Counted from the stretch's first letter, positions 1 to 12,739 are shown. The stretch is 64,000 nucleotides of DNA from Chiloscyllium plagiosum (GCF_004010195.1 NC_057750.1:6999696-7063695); one strand, 5' to 3'. Numbers and translations are program-made. The notes: generated by a model from the sequence alone, not told the origin.

Positions 1-690
1 GTGCCAACGTGCATCACGACTTCTGGCTGCACACCCTCTCCCTTAAGGATTCTGAAGACACGGTCCGAGACGTCTCAGACCCTGGCACCCGGGAGGCAAA
101 AAACCATCCGAGAATCTCGCCCATGCCCACAGAATCGCCTGTCCGTCCCTCTAACTAGAGAGTCTCCTATAACTAGTGCTCTCCTCCTCTCCCCCTTTCC
201 CTTCTGAGTCTCAGAGCCAGACCTCACGCTACAGACCCGGTCACTGCAGCTTACCCCTGCTAGGCTGTCCCCCCCACCAGTATCCAAAGCGGTATACCTA
301 TGGTTTAGGTGAATGACTACAGGAGATCCCTGCACTGCCTGTTTCCTCCCCTTCCCACCTCTAACTGTTACCCAGCTACCTCTGTTCTCTGGCGTAACTA
401 TGTCCCTGTAGCTTCTATCTATCACCTTCTCAGCCTCTCGAATAATCCTCAGTTCATCCAACTCCAGTTCCAGTTCCCTAACTCGTTCTGTGAGGAGCAG
501 AATCTGACTGCATTTCCTGCAGATGAAGTCGGCAGGAGTATCGGTGGTCACCCCTACCTCAAACATCCGGCAGGAGGAACATTCCACTGCCTGCGCTGCC
601 ATTACTCTACACTTCGTCTCCAAAGCAAGAACACTGAGTAGCTTACCTGTGAACTTTAAAGTTAGGTTAGAGGAGGAGGATGGGAGGGAG
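1..690 (-). mobile_element. CR1-clade LINE 5' region: ORF1 with Cys-rich zinc finger, coiled coil and GDSL/SGNH esterase start; intronic and antisense to MEIOSIN
   Basis: ORF 75-722(-) reads MAAQAVECSSCRMFEV..FICRKC..LTERVRELELELDELRIIRE..RRALVIGDSLVRGTDRRFC..VFCLPGARV. After an in-frame TGA the reading continues DVSDRVFRILKGEG to the window edge. This is the typical CR1 ORF1 architecture. Confidence 0.9.
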
Positions 691-1758
691 CTCAAGGGCT
701 GCCCAATTTGGAAAAGAAGCATCCAAGCATCTCCAACAAGTCCAAGTGGAGGCCAAGTTTAAACAGGGAAGGAACATGTGGAAACTCAAGCTGGCCACCC
801 ATCGAACCATTTGCACAAACACCACATGCTCCATCTTTGGCAGTGTGTGTGCATTCAGAATTGGTCTGTTTAATCAGTCACCTCAGGACCCACAACACTG
901 AAGTGGAAGAAAATCATCCACGGAATTTGGGGACTATCTAATAAGGAGACATAATGTCTCGTTGTTTCCCTGAGGCTGGCGCATGTTAAAATGTCTTGTA
1001 CTTTGCATTTAGTGTTTAACATTGAGGGAAAGAAGAAAGGCAGGATTTTGGTTAAATTTCCACTGTGAGGCAAAAAGCATAGGGTGGAAGTGAGATAAAA
1101 ATCATGCCATACAAACAGGAACTTGCAGTGCTATGTCTATCTCTGGTTAAGGAACAGATAAATGCACAATTATGAAGTTCCCATTTATGTTGCTCAATTT
1201 CAACCTAAAACCATGGCTTTCCCCTTTTTCAAGTGCTGTATATATTCAGAATTTTCTGTTCTTACTTCAATTTTCTGGTATTTCTGATTTTTTTTTGTTT
1301 CCTCTCTATTGAGGTAGTTCCAAATATTGAGAGATCATGTCACCATCCACAATTACTTTCAACCATGACTGTCACTTCAAAGTCTGAACAGTATGGGGTC
1401 AAGCCCCATTCCAGAAATTCAGTGAGGTACTGCCTGAGTACAACACTGTTGGAGATACTCTCTTTCAGATAACACCACAAGCCATTACCCTATCTGCCTG
1501 TTCAGGTGGATATTAAAGATCCCATTTTAAAAAATGCAGTGGACTTTCCTAGTGCACTATCCAAACATGTACGCCTGTAACCAAATGCAGGTTGACAAGT
1601 TGTTGAAAGAGTTTTCTGTGTGAAATCTATCTGCTGTGTTTGTTCGTATCACAACTTGCAGTGTTTTACACAAACACTCAATTTGCTGTGAATCACTTTG
1701 GCATGTTCTTATTGATAGGAAAAATCCATCTTAATGCAAGTTCTGTTCTCTGTTACAG

Positions 1759-1864
1759 AAGGAGATTCTGAATCAGGTTTTGCGATACATTGCATTTCTT
1801 AACAGGCACATCAGCAATACCAAAAGCTTGTTGAAGGATCATTATGTGGTCATAGATGAAAGAG
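1759..1864 (+). CDS. MEIOSIN: MEIOSIN coding exon (bHLH helix 2): KEILNQVLRYIAFLNRHISNTKSLLKDHYVVIDER
   Basis: Acceptor tgttacag| and donor G|gtgagt; 106 bp, phase 0 to 1. The K-E-I-L-x-x-V-L-x-Y-I-x-x-L pattern is bHLH helix 2 and resembles mammalian MEIOSIN as recalled. Confidence 0.88.
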
Positions 1865-3142
1865 GTGAGTGTATGATATCTTCCAATGCCTTTACAAGTT
1901 TCCCAGAGATCATCTGAATTATCTCTGGTGATCTTTGAATTCCTAGCTTAGTGGACTAAATGGTCCTTTTCTTGTTGAGGACTTCTTTGTATTTTGGACT
2001 AACACAGTCACAACGTGGGCAGCAACAGGAAGTCCAGAACCTTTGAGAGTTTAGACAGCAAATCAGAGATTGTCTGTTTTTTCTTTACGCCTGGGTTATA
2101 GATAAGGCAAACATTACTAGATCTAGTTGCCCTTTGAAAAAGTGGTCACATGCTTTTTTCCTGATCCACTGCTTGAGAGATCTGCAAGGTTTTAATCCCA
2201 GTATGAAAATCTTAATCCCAATGAGAAAAAGTTCAGGTTTGGATCTGGGCTGTCCCATCTAATAGAGCAACAAAAAGTCATCAATCAATAGTGGGTGGCA
2301 CGATGGCTCTGGGTTCGATTCCAGCCTTGAGCAACTCTCTGTGTGGAGTTTGTACATTCTCCCCGTGTCTGTGTGGGTTTCCTCTGAGTGCTCTGGTTTT
2401 GTCCCATAGTCCAAAAATGTGCAGATTAGGGTGAATTGGCCATGCTAAATTACCCCGTCGTGTGTAGGGTTCCAGGGATGGGCCTGGGTGTCACACTCTT
2501 CAGAGGGTCAGTGTGGACTCAATAGGCTGAATGGCCTGCTTCCGCACTGTAGAGATTCTACGATTCTATGACCTGGAGTCAGCTCAAAGATCAAAATACT
2601 GCACTAACTCCTGCTTTGCTATTCTTATCACCAATTCTTTCAAATGCAATTGAATGTCATATGCTCGAGTAAATCTGCTGGTTGGATAAGCTTTGAAAGA
2701 CCATGCAACCTGAATTTTCCTACCTTTTTGGCAACATCTTGATAAGTCCTTCTATGACCTTGCTCCTTCCCCTTCTCTGGAGCATCCTCCAGTCCCAGAA
2801 TTGTTTTCCTCCTCCATAATCCCCCTTCTGTTAGATTCCTATTGCCCAAAATTGGTGGGCTCAGCTTTAAACTGTCTAATGTACTAAAGTTGGAATTCTC
2901 GCCCTAAACCTCCACATCTCTCTCTCTCTCTGTTCAAAGAATGCTTCTCAAAACCTGCCTCCTTGACCAAGCTTTTTGAACCTAATACTCTTCATGTGCC
3001 TCCGTGTCAAAATTTATTTAATAACACTCTTGGAAAAGGCCTTGGGCATTTTGCTCCATTAATAAAGGTGATATTTAAATAGTTATTGCGCAATATATCT
3101 TCAACCAGTGAAGCAGACAGCCGGCAATTTTTTCTTTCCCAG

Positions 3143-3301
3143 AATATTGCTTAAATGGAGAGGAGTCTACAAGCCCAGAGGAAGCTACACAGAGTAACAC
3201 AGAGGAGATAAGTCCTTTCTCCACACCTCCAAGCATCAAGAAAATGAGGTTGAGGAACATATGTCACAAGCCAAGGAAAAAGAAGTGGATGGAAAAAACA
3301 G
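3143..3301 (+). CDS. MEIOSIN: MEIOSIN coding exon: (E)YCLNGEESTSPEE...RNICHKPRKKKWMEKT
   Basis: Acceptor tttctttcccag| and donor G|gtacaa; 159 bp, phase 1 to 1, open. Contains a CxKPRKKK basic NLS-like motif recalled from MEIOSIN. Confidence 0.85.
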
Positions 3302-4712
3302 GTACAATATTCTAGGCTACACCTCATCAGTTTTCCTTTTAGTATTTCTCAAGGTGAGGAGTGTCAATCAAGCAAAACTTTTCCTCTCCTGTCAGCTATG
3401 TAAACATTACCTGCTGAGCTGATGCATTAGTCATTCATGAACATTTCCAATTTAGTCACCAGTCTCAGCATCAAGCACTCCCAAAGAGTACAGCGCAGAA
3501 CACAGACTAATACTCCATCCACATTGACCCCCATCTAAAACATCCAGACTGAATAGAGAAAAGGTATCTTGCCACGTGGTTGCATCAGCACTCCATGGGC
3601 AGGAATAGCATGGGTTAGATACAAACTAATGCTTCATGTGCACTGTCCCATCTAAAAGACGCAGGAAACCACACATTGGAAACAGCGTAAGGCTTTGGCA
3701 ATTCTAGCATTTAATATACCCAGCCCAGGTATAGTGTAATGCTAACTCTACATTGCACCAGCCTCAGTACAGTACACCAACAAGGCAACCTCTATTTTCT
3801 CACAGTGTTGCCTTGTGGTTTGCTTTTATCCAATTCAGAGTTGTGTTAGTAGATTTTTAAAGTTGAGAATGCCCCTAATTCCTTCCGTGTTGGCAGTTTG
3901 CAGCTGGGTTGGGCCAACTCGTGAAGCTTTTAAAAGTGGCAGGCAAGACCATATAACAGGATTCTCAACCCACTGTTCCCTTTTCTGACAGTTTCATCAG
4001 TGCAAAGAAAGGATGTGGTTAGCCAGCCTGCATGCCTTCCTGGCGTCATTGCAGAGGGAAGTTCAAATTCTCTGCAATTTCATAGAATCCCTACAGTGTA
4101 GAAACAGGCCGTCGAGTCCACACCAACCCTCCAAAGAGCATCCCCCCTACCCCATCCCTGCAACCCTGCATTCACCAAGGCTAACCTGCACACCCCTGGA
4201 TACTATGGACTATTCAGCATGGCCAATCCACCCGAACTTGCACACCTTTGGGAAGAACCCGGAGGACACACACAGGCACGAGGAGAATCTGCAAACTTCA
4301 CACAGACTATCCAAGGGTGGAATTGAACCTGGGGGCCTGGCACTGTGTCGTAGCAGTGCTAACTAGTGTGCCACCCCAATGTTGCTGAAGTAGTTTGGTT
4401 CACAGCCAGAGGAGTCATAAACAATACAGTCCCCATTCTCGTGTGATCAACCAAGTGAGGCAGTCAGCATGCTATTGAGATACCTCTGTAATCAGAAACA
4501 GCTATCTGTATTTCAAGGTGGTCTCATGAATGTTTAGCTGAACTTCAAGAGTGACGAATGCACTCCGCTCAGCATGTAATGTTTACATGGTTTACAGGGG
4601 AGTTAGAACTTTGTTTGATTGGCACTGCCATTACCTTGTAATACATATTTTTTTTTGATATGGCTTGTGTGGATAATCAGGCCAAAACTTAAGAGAAGTG
4701 AAGTGGAGAAGA

Positions 4713-5008
4713 GCTGCCTCACAGCGCCAGGGACCCGGGTTCGATTCCAGCCTCGGGTGACTGTGTGGAGTTTGCACATTTTCCCCGTGTCTGCGTGGGT
4801 TTCCTCCGGGTGCTCCAGTTTCTTCACACAATCCAAAGATGTGCCGGTCAGGTGAATTGGCCATGGTAAATTGCCCATAGTGTTAGGTGCATTAGTCAGA
4901 GGGAAATGGGTCTGGGTGGGTTACCCTTCGGAGGGTCAGTGTGGACTGGTTGGGCAGAAGGGCCTGTTTCCACACTGTAGGGAATCTAATCTAATCTAAT
5001 CTAATCTA
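4713..5008 (+). mobile_element. HE1-type SINE
   Basis: Same family with a (taatc)n tail. Further copies lie at about 2290-2570(+), 4080-4377(-), 11078-11378(+), 21096-21390(+), 23005-23335(+), 27095-27432(-), 30281-30595(-), 37870-38183(-), 46100-46392(-), 52723-53035(-), 53280-53590(-) and 54580-54823(-). Confidence 0.9.
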
Positions 5009-5322
5009 GTGCTATTGGTTTGATGTGATTGGTTGACACTTTTAATCGGTTGTAGTAGTTTTTGTCAAAACAATTTTCCTTCTGTTGTTAGTTTGAGTCA
5101 TCTCAAAATACTTAGCAATGGCTTGTTGGTTGTGTATATACATAGGAAGAGTCGAAAGTGTGGTGCTGGAAAAGCACAGCAGGTCAGGCAGCATCCGAGG
5201 AGCAGGAAAATCGACGTTAAGAGCTTTTGCTCCTCTGATGCTGCCTGTCCTGCTGTGCTTTTCCAACACCACATTCTTGACTCAAATCTCCAGCATCTGC
5301 AGTCCTCACTTTTGCCTATATA

Positions 5323-5496
5323 CAGAGGAACCTTGATTATCCGAAGGACACGGGCAGGCAATATTTCGTTCAGTTAGTTGAATTCCGGATAATCAAATGC
5401 CGGATAACATAGTTTAGCCGAGCATCAGGACCTTGCGATCTTGCCAGATAATCTGATATTTGGATAATTAAATGCTGGATAATCGAGGTTCCTCTG
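5323..5496. mobile_element. Tc1/mariner (pogo/Tigger-like) MITE
   Basis: Terminal inverted repeats cagaggaaccttgattatcc / ggataatcgaggttcctctg with TA on both sides. Confidence 0.88.
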
Positions 5497-5939
5497 TAGT
5501 GGGTTCTCGGAGAGTGGATGTGGAGAATGCCTTGGGGCAATGGAAGGGGTATAGTATATATACAAGGATTGAAGATTTGAGGATACATAAAGGGAGAATG
5601 GGAGATAAGGAAAGGAATGGAGGGTACATGAGGGTTAATGAAGAGGAATGGGGAGCACAGTGAGTGTTTGGAGAGTGAAAGGTTGAGGGCCTGACAGTCA
5701 TGGTTACAACTGAGTCACTGTCCCAGTAAATGGGGAAAGACCTTTAGCCTGTCAGCCTCATCATCAATTCACCTCTGCTGCTATGTACAAGAGGCAGCAG
5801 TTCTGATTCCATGAAACAAAAATATGGCAGGCACAGGCCCCTTTTATGGAGACAGATTTGTGGGAGTTTGCTGACTCCCACTTCCTTATTACTTCACAAA
5901 AATCTGCCCCCTAGTTTCTAACTGTAGCAATTGTTACTC

Positions 5940-6330
5940 CACTCATTGGAGTTTAGAAGAATGAGAGGTGATCTCATTGAAACATATAGGAATCTTAAGG
6001 GGCTTGACAGGATAAATACAGAGAGGATGTTTCCCCTCAGGGGAGAATCTAGGACTAGAGGGGTATAGGCTCAGAATAAAAGAGTGTTAATTCAAGATTG
6101 AAAAGCATAAGAATTTCTTCTCTCAGAGAATTATGAGTCTTTGGAAATCCTTGCTACAGAGAGCTGTGGAAGCAGAGTATTTGTGTCTGTTTAGATAGAC
6201 AGATTGTTGAGCAGTCAGGGAATCAGGGTTATGGGGAAAATGCAGGAACATGAACATGAGGAATAATCTGGCCATCCTTGATCCTATGTTTTGAGGGACT
6301 GAATGGCCTACTCCTATTTCCTCAGGTCTT
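5940..6330 (+). mobile_element. Older CR1-clade LINE 3' fragment
   Basis: SLEFRRMRGDLIETYR-like motif and CR1-like 3' UTR. Confidence 0.75.
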
Positions 6331-6994
6331 ATTATTTTAGTGTTCTTGTCACATTGTCTTGAGAAAGTAATTAAAGTTCAAAGGAATGAAATGTAAATCT
6401 GACTGAGGTTTAGTCATAATAATAATGCCCACCACGTAATAATTCTCAATAAATTCACAAATTTACATTCAAAAATTATCAACTTCTCCAAAATGATGAT
6501 GTCTATTTCAGAAAAAAAAAGCAGAGTTAAAGTTTCGGGTCCAATGATCTGAGTAGGGATCACTGAACTTGAAATGTTAACTCTGATTTTTCTTCACAGA
6601 TGCTGCCAGACCTGCTGAGCTTTCACAGCAACTTCTGTTTTTGGTCCTGAGTTACAACATCCGCAGCTCTTTTGGTTTTTATTGACAATTTCAGAGACTT
6701 ATTGAAATGATTCGCGTGTTGAAGATACTGAATATTTTTCTTCTGTGGTACATGCAGAAGTGTACATACATTTATAGATGTATAGTTATGTGTATTGAAA
6801 TATTCTTGCACACTTGTTGATTATGGTGTTCAGCCATGGGTTTAGAATTAATATGCAGGATTATTCAGGAACATTCAAGGAGAGATCCACTGTTAGGCAT
6901 CCACGCACCCTTGATTGAATAAGTCAGAGAAGAATAAAAGTTTGCAATTTATAAAGTAATGGTATGATTTTGCGCATTTTCTCTCTAACTGCAG

Positions 6995-7276
6995 AACGGA
7001 GACAAGGGCTGAAATCACGCCGCTGCCTCTACAATGAACCGACACTTGCCGATAATTACATGCGAGGAGAAGGCCAGCGGGAGGTTAGGATGATGTGGCA
7101 AGGATCATCTGTGGATACCTCGTCTTCCAGCTCCTCTTCACAGGATAACACTGCTATACCCCAAGGCCGTACTGTGTTCCTTACCTTGTTGGAGCTTGCA
7201 GAATCCAGAGGCCTTGAAGAAACCAGAGGCCTTGCAGGATCCAGAGGCCTTGCAGGATCCAGCCTCAGAAACACAG
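6995..7276 (+). CDS. MEIOSIN: MEIOSIN coding exon: (E)RRQGLKSRRCLYNE...LAGSSLRNT
   Basis: Acceptor ctaactgcag| and donor ACAG|gtgact; 282 bp, phase 1 to 1, inside ORF 6964-7332. The 3' boundary is less certain. Confidence 0.75.
7195..7263 (+). repeat. 18-bp in-frame coding tandem repeat (LAESRG LEETRG LAGSRG LAGSS)
   Basis: cttgcaggatccagaggc-like unit repeated about 4 times within the exon. Confidence 0.85.
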
Positions 7277-7809
7277 GTGACTATTTAAAAGAGATTTCAC
7301 CTTCACTGGAAGAAAGTTTAGTCAATGCGTAGAGTGACATGGAGCCAAGGTCAGCATTGGGATTAGCAGCAAGCGCCCACAATTCGGTACTATCAGTAGG
7401 TAGCAGGTATTCAGTTATGTGCAAACGTATTTAATTAATGGGTGTGTGTGTGTGTGTTGACTGACCACACGAGGGATCCCACCTCACCTTCACCTATCAT
7501 GGCTATGTCAACAGGTGACAGAAACATTACCCACACAGACCCCAACTTAGGATCGAGAGCTTCCAGCTCTGCTGTTTGAGTTGTCAACTTGAGATGCTAG
7601 AGGTTGTCCCAGCTTGGAGTCAGGTCTCCAATCGTAACTCTGATGTTGGGGTGAATTACTCAGTCATCACTATGCAAACCAGGAATGTTGTTACCATGTA
7701 CAGCTGGGAAAAGACCAATAGATCCATTAAGCTTAGTCTTTATCATCATTCTAAGTTTGTGAGAAGATTTGTAGCTCGGGTGCTCGTTGCTGTGATTCTG
7801 TTCTTTATC

Positions 7810-8487
7810 ATCATGGTCGCCCAGTTGTAAGAAGGATATTATTAAGCTGGAAAAGATTCAGAAGAGATTTACCAGGTTATTGATGGATATGTAGGAGAAA
7901 GTGAGGACTGCAGATGTTGGAGATCAGAGCTGAAAAATGTGTTGCTGGAAAAGCGCAGCAGGTCAGGCAGCAACGTGCTCCTTGGATGCTGCCTGACCTC
8001 CTGCGCTTTTCCAGCAACACATTTTTCAGCTATTGCTGGATATGGAAGGTTTGACTTATAAAGAAGGGCTGGATAGTCTGGGACGTTTTTCACTGAAAGA
8101 GTAGGAGGTTGAGAAGTGACTTTAAAGAGGGTTATAGAAAGAGTTGATGGTAGTTTTTGTCTTTTCCCTAGGATGGGGGGAGTGGGGGGGGGGGGGTTTC
8201 CAGACTACGGGTCACATTCTTAAGGTGAGAGGAGAGAAATTTCAAACAGTCATAAGGGGCAAACTTTTCACACAGAGGGCAATTCATGTGTGGAATGAAC
8301 TTCTAGGGGAAGTGGTATATGTAGGGACAGTTACAATATTTAAAAGACATCTGGATAAATACATGAATAGGAAAGGTTTGGAGGGATATGTGCCAGGAGC
8401 AAGCAGGTGGGACTAGTTTAGTTTGCGATTATAGTCAGCATGGACTGTGTGGACTAAAGATGTCTCTTTCCTGCTGTATGATTCTAT
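7810..8487 (+). mobile_element. CR1 3' fragment with a nested Penelope-derived hairpin (about 7893-8030)
   Basis: GHILKVRGEKF..FTQRAIHVWNEL..FKRHLDKYMNRKGLEGY C-terminal CR1 ORF2 motif. Confidence 0.85.
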
Positions 8488-9211
8488 AATTAACTCCTGC
8501 TTGTAGTTAACAATCTGAGATAGTTAGGAATCATTTATCTCTTTGTGCTTACAACAAATGCACAGCAACTGCACGGGGCCACAACTCGCTTCAAGGATCA
8601 ATCGAAGGTGCCTAACACTCTGCTTCTGTAGTACATATAAAAACACGCATTACCATGTTTATTTAAGCTATGCTGCACACTTGCTGATTAGGATGTTCTA
8701 TTAGGGATGGAAAATAAATTCCATCCTTGTCATTCATTTTGTAATGTTAAATAGGGTTCGGGTTCTTATTCTCTAGAAAAGACAAGGCTGATAAGGATTG
8801 TTAAAATAATCAAAGGGATTTCACATAAGGGTATAAGACACAGGCACTATTTGGGACTTTTGTAGTGTAGTGGTGGTGTCCCTAGTTCTGAGCTAGGAGG
8901 CCAGGGTTCTGGTCCTACCTGCTTTAAAGGTGTGTCAAAACTTATTTGAACAGGTTAATTAAAAACATCTGTTAAGCAGCAGGAGCAGGTCACTTGACCA
9001 TACCCTTTGATTCCTTTAGCCCGAAGAACTATATCTAACTCCTTCATGAAAACATTGATTTTTAGCCTCATCTGCTGTTTGTGGCTGAGAATTCTTCAGG
9101 TTCACCACTTTCTGGATGAAGATACATCTCCCCATCTCAGTCCTAAGTGGCCTACCCTGTAACCTTGGATGTGACCCCTGAAGGGTTACACCCAAAACAA
9201 TGACTTCTCCA

Positions 9212-9603
9212 CCTCCTGATGCAGCCTGGCTTGCTGTGTTCTTCCAGCCTCCTGCCTGTCCCTCCTGACGCTGCATGCCTTGCTGTGTTCTCCTATCCTC
9301 CTGCCTGTCCCTCCTGATGCTTCCTGGCTTGCTGTGTTCCTCCAGCCTCCTGCCTGTCCCTCCTGATGCTGCCTGGCTTGCTGTGTTCTTCCAGCCTCCT
9401 GCCTGTCCCTCCTGACGCTGCCTGCCTTGCTGTGTTCCCCCAGCCTCCTGCCTGTCCCTCCTGATACTGCCTGCCTTGCTGTGTTCTTCCAGCCTCCTGC
9501 CTGTCCCTCCTGATGCTGCCTGCCTTGCTGTGTTCCCCCAGCCTCCTGCCTGTCCCTCCTGACGCTGCCTGCCTTGCTGTGTTCTCCCAGCCTCCTGCCT
9601 GTC
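9212..9603 (+). repeat. 49-bp minisatellite x8 derived from a Penelope-type terminal repeat
   Basis: Unit cctcctgatgctgcctggcttgctgtgttcttccagcctcctgcctgtc starts at 9212, 9261, 9310 and so on. A single copy of the unit occurs at about 42044-42092. Confidence 0.92.
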
Positions 9604-11772
9604 TACTCTTTTCATCAGAAACATCCTTCCTACTTTTACCCTGTTGAGTCCTGTCAGAATTTTATGGGATTAAATGAGATTTCCCCCCCTCCCCCATTAT
9701 TCTAAACTCCAGTGAATATTGTCCTCATCAATAATGTGGGAGGAAGGAGATCTCTGAGTTCAGTATTCTATGTAATTCTCTGTAATTAGTTCTGTGCCCC
9801 TATGAATTAAGCTCTGACTCCCTGCCTTAACCTAACTATGCAAACCAAATCTAATCTTTCTATCATTTTAAAAGGCCTCAGTCAAATCTTCTTGCATCCT
9901 ATTTATTGCAGCCATGATGTGGAGATGCTGGTTGTGGACTGGGGTGGACAAAATCAGAAGTCAGACGACACCAGGTCAGAGTCAGGTTCATTTAAAATCA
10001 CAAGCTTTCAGAGCGCTACTGCTTTGTCAGATGAAGTCAGCCTCTTGAAGGAGCTTGTGATTTTAAATAAACCTGTTGGACTATAACCTAGTGTTGTGTG
10101 ATTTCTGATTTTGTACTTATCATAGAGTGCCACCTTTCTGAACCTAATAACCTGAATATTGATAAAGAAAGAAAGGAGTTGGGGCCGAGATGAAAGGGAT
10201 TTTTCAATCCCTTCTACAAAACACTACAGGACATATGTTTAACCCTGAGATTTTCTACTCTACTGAATTGCTTGACCTATGTCCTGCTGTTGGACGAAGC
10301 AAGTTTGCCAGCTGCATTGCAAAAGAGAAAGTCAATAACAGATTCAACATTGGTCAGATTGAGCTTGGGAGTCAGTCTTGCTGGGAACTGGTCCACAGAA
10401 GCAAGGGAACCTAAAAAGATGCAAAACTAGTATAGGCGTACCCTGAGTTATGTATCTGACTTATGAACACGAGCCCATTCAGGTGTATTATAATATTCAT
10501 TTTAAAGTTCCAACATGTTTCTTTATACTTACAAATGGCTATTTTATGTTGTTCTACATTCTGTTACAACTGTGAACATACTCGAAAACGGAGCCCATTT
10601 ACAACCCAGGGCTAGCTGTACTATTTCATGGTAGCCTTCAGTAAGTTGACAATGCAATCTTCCTCGATTCTCCATTAAAACTTCAGGTTAGATGGTAAAA
10701 GGTTAAGTCTTAAAGTTAGTGTATCAGGCCAATAGTTTTGCACCTGGCTAGTTCCCATTGTTCTCCATCAGATATTCTGTGGTATTGGATAATTACTCAC
10801 CCGATAAAGAGGAGGAAGAGTGACCAGTGTTGAGCCATTCTGGGTCAATGTCACATACTCAGCGGCTGTGCCTACAGCCTGTGTGTATATATCTCCTCAC
10901 AGATCAGGCAGTCAACAAAGAGAGAAACTTCCAACAGAAGAAACACTTCTATCAAATTAAAATAAACGAAGGACGTGTGGAATTGATTTTAATACAATGT
11001 TGGCTCTCTGGGTATCCATAACTATTGATAAACGTCTCCTTGTAAATGTCCTTTCTCCATTATTTACATTTTAACTGTGGCATGGTGGCCAGCACTACTC
11101 CCTGATGGCACCAGGTTCACGAGTTTGATTCCACCCTCTGTCTCTGTGGAGTTTGCACATTCTCCCTGTCTCTGCGTGGGTTTCCACCGGATGCTCCATT
11201 AGTGGATTAAGCTGTGCTAAATTACCCGTAGTGTCCAGGGATGTGCAGGTTAGGTGGGTTAGCCATGGAAATTGCAGGGTTACAGGGATAGGATAGCAGG
11301 GATGCTCTTCAGAGAGTTGGCTTGGACTCGATGGGCCAAATGGCCTGCTTCTACGCTGTAGGGATTCTATGATTCTATGACGTTACAATGGCAACCAAGT
11401 GTCAGCTTGGCTCAGTTAGCAGCATTCTCACCTCTGAATCAGAAAGCTAGAATGAAGGCCTGCTTCAGGGCTGGAATGCATAAGTGAACCTTTAGGCATA
11501 GTTTGTGGAATCAGCGTTGCTTTGTCAGAAATGCCATATTTTGGTGTTGAGTCATAATGCCTGGGCTCCAGCGTCTGATTCATTCGTTCAGCTGGACTTT
11601 AATGATCCCATAGGCTGTATTTGAAGAGCAAGGCAAGTGTCCATAACTAACAGCAGTGCCAGCAAAATTGGCCTTTCATCTCAATGGTGATTGTGTGAAT
11701 TGCAGTAATAGTCACAACAGCTCGTTAAGTGAAATTGTTGGGCTTTGGGTATTAATTTAAGTTTCACCACAG

Positions 11773-11887
11773 AGAAATATGAGACAAGCACTGACCCGCA
11801 GTGCTCCCCTGAAAACGAGGAGAGAAAGACAAATTGCAGTCATGAGTCCAGCGTCTATGATGCCTCAGTCAGCTCTTCATATATCAG
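11773..11887 (+). CDS. MEIOSIN: MEIOSIN coding exon: (E)KYETSTDPQCSPENEERKTNCSHESSVYDASVSSSYI
   Basis: Acceptor caccacag| and donor AG|gtaacg; 115 bp, phase 1 to 2. This is the phase shift needed to join the flanking exons. Confidence 0.7.
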
Positions 11888-12486
11888 GTAACGAAGATAA
11901 TCTTTTGATATTAATGTGTCTTTTTATTTTAATTCTCTCTTCCAGTCTTGGAGGTACTGATTGACTTGGAACATCTCAGTAGACAACATTACTCTCTTGT
12001 ACTGCTAAATGATCATCCATCACCCTATCTTTGCTGAACTCCTTTGGCTGTTTAAATTCTCACTGAAGTCTCTATATGGCCTCACTTTATCCTGGCTCTG
12101 TAAACTCCTTCAGCCATACAAATCTCCAAGATCTCTGCCTTCCTTAAATTCTGGCCATCTGCACTTACTCCATTTTCAGCACTGCACCCTTGGTAGATGC
12201 TCCATCAGTTGCTTCCATTAGTTCTGGAATTTCCTTCCTGGACCTCACTGTGGCTAATTCATTATTTTTCTTAAACTCTGACCAAGCTTTTGAACTCTTT
12301 CCTAACGTCTCATTATGACACTCAGTGTTAAATTGTGTTTGATAACATATCCACAAAATGTCTCAGTGTGTTTTACTACATTAAAGGAGCTTTAGTAAAT
12401 GTAAACTTTTGTTTTTCTAATGATTGCCCACAAGCAAGGGGCAAGTTAGAGGCTGTTGGTTATTGTGCTTTCCCACTCATTCACAG

Positions 12487-12581
12487 TATGAAAGACCAGA
12501 CGCTGGTTCACTACCTCTCCTCTCACGACGAGGATGATGATGTCGACCGGAGTCCCTGGCTTCCACAGGAAACCCCTCAAG
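12487..12581 (+). CDS. MEIOSIN: MEIOSIN coding exon: (S)MKDQTLVHYLSSHDEDDDVDRSPWLPQETPQ
   Basis: Acceptor cattcacag| and donor G|gtgtaa; 95 bp, phase 2 to 1. Acidic stretch followed by SPWL, as recalled for MEIOSIN. Confidence 0.8.
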
Positions 12582-12739
12582 GTGTAACATTTTCTTTCTT
12601 CATGATTTCTGTGATCTGTTTAATTAAAAAAAACTGAGGGACACTGATTTTCTGAGCAGGCTGGAAAGCACAACAGTCCTGAGAAATGAATTTGTCAGAG
12701 ACTAGATCTTTTGTCAGTTTTGGATTAATGAACAATTCT

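Noticed and set aside
9212..9603. Possible CRISPR-like array
   Set aside because: The units are contiguous with no unique spacers, the context is eukaryotic and there are no cas genes.
9016..9624. 202-aa repetitive ORF on the - strand
   Set aside because: It is a translation of the 49-bp minisatellite with no coding evidence.
11779..11964. ORF MRQALTRSAPLK as a standalone gene
   Set aside because: The exon here is read in another frame, set by the splice phases of MEIOSIN.
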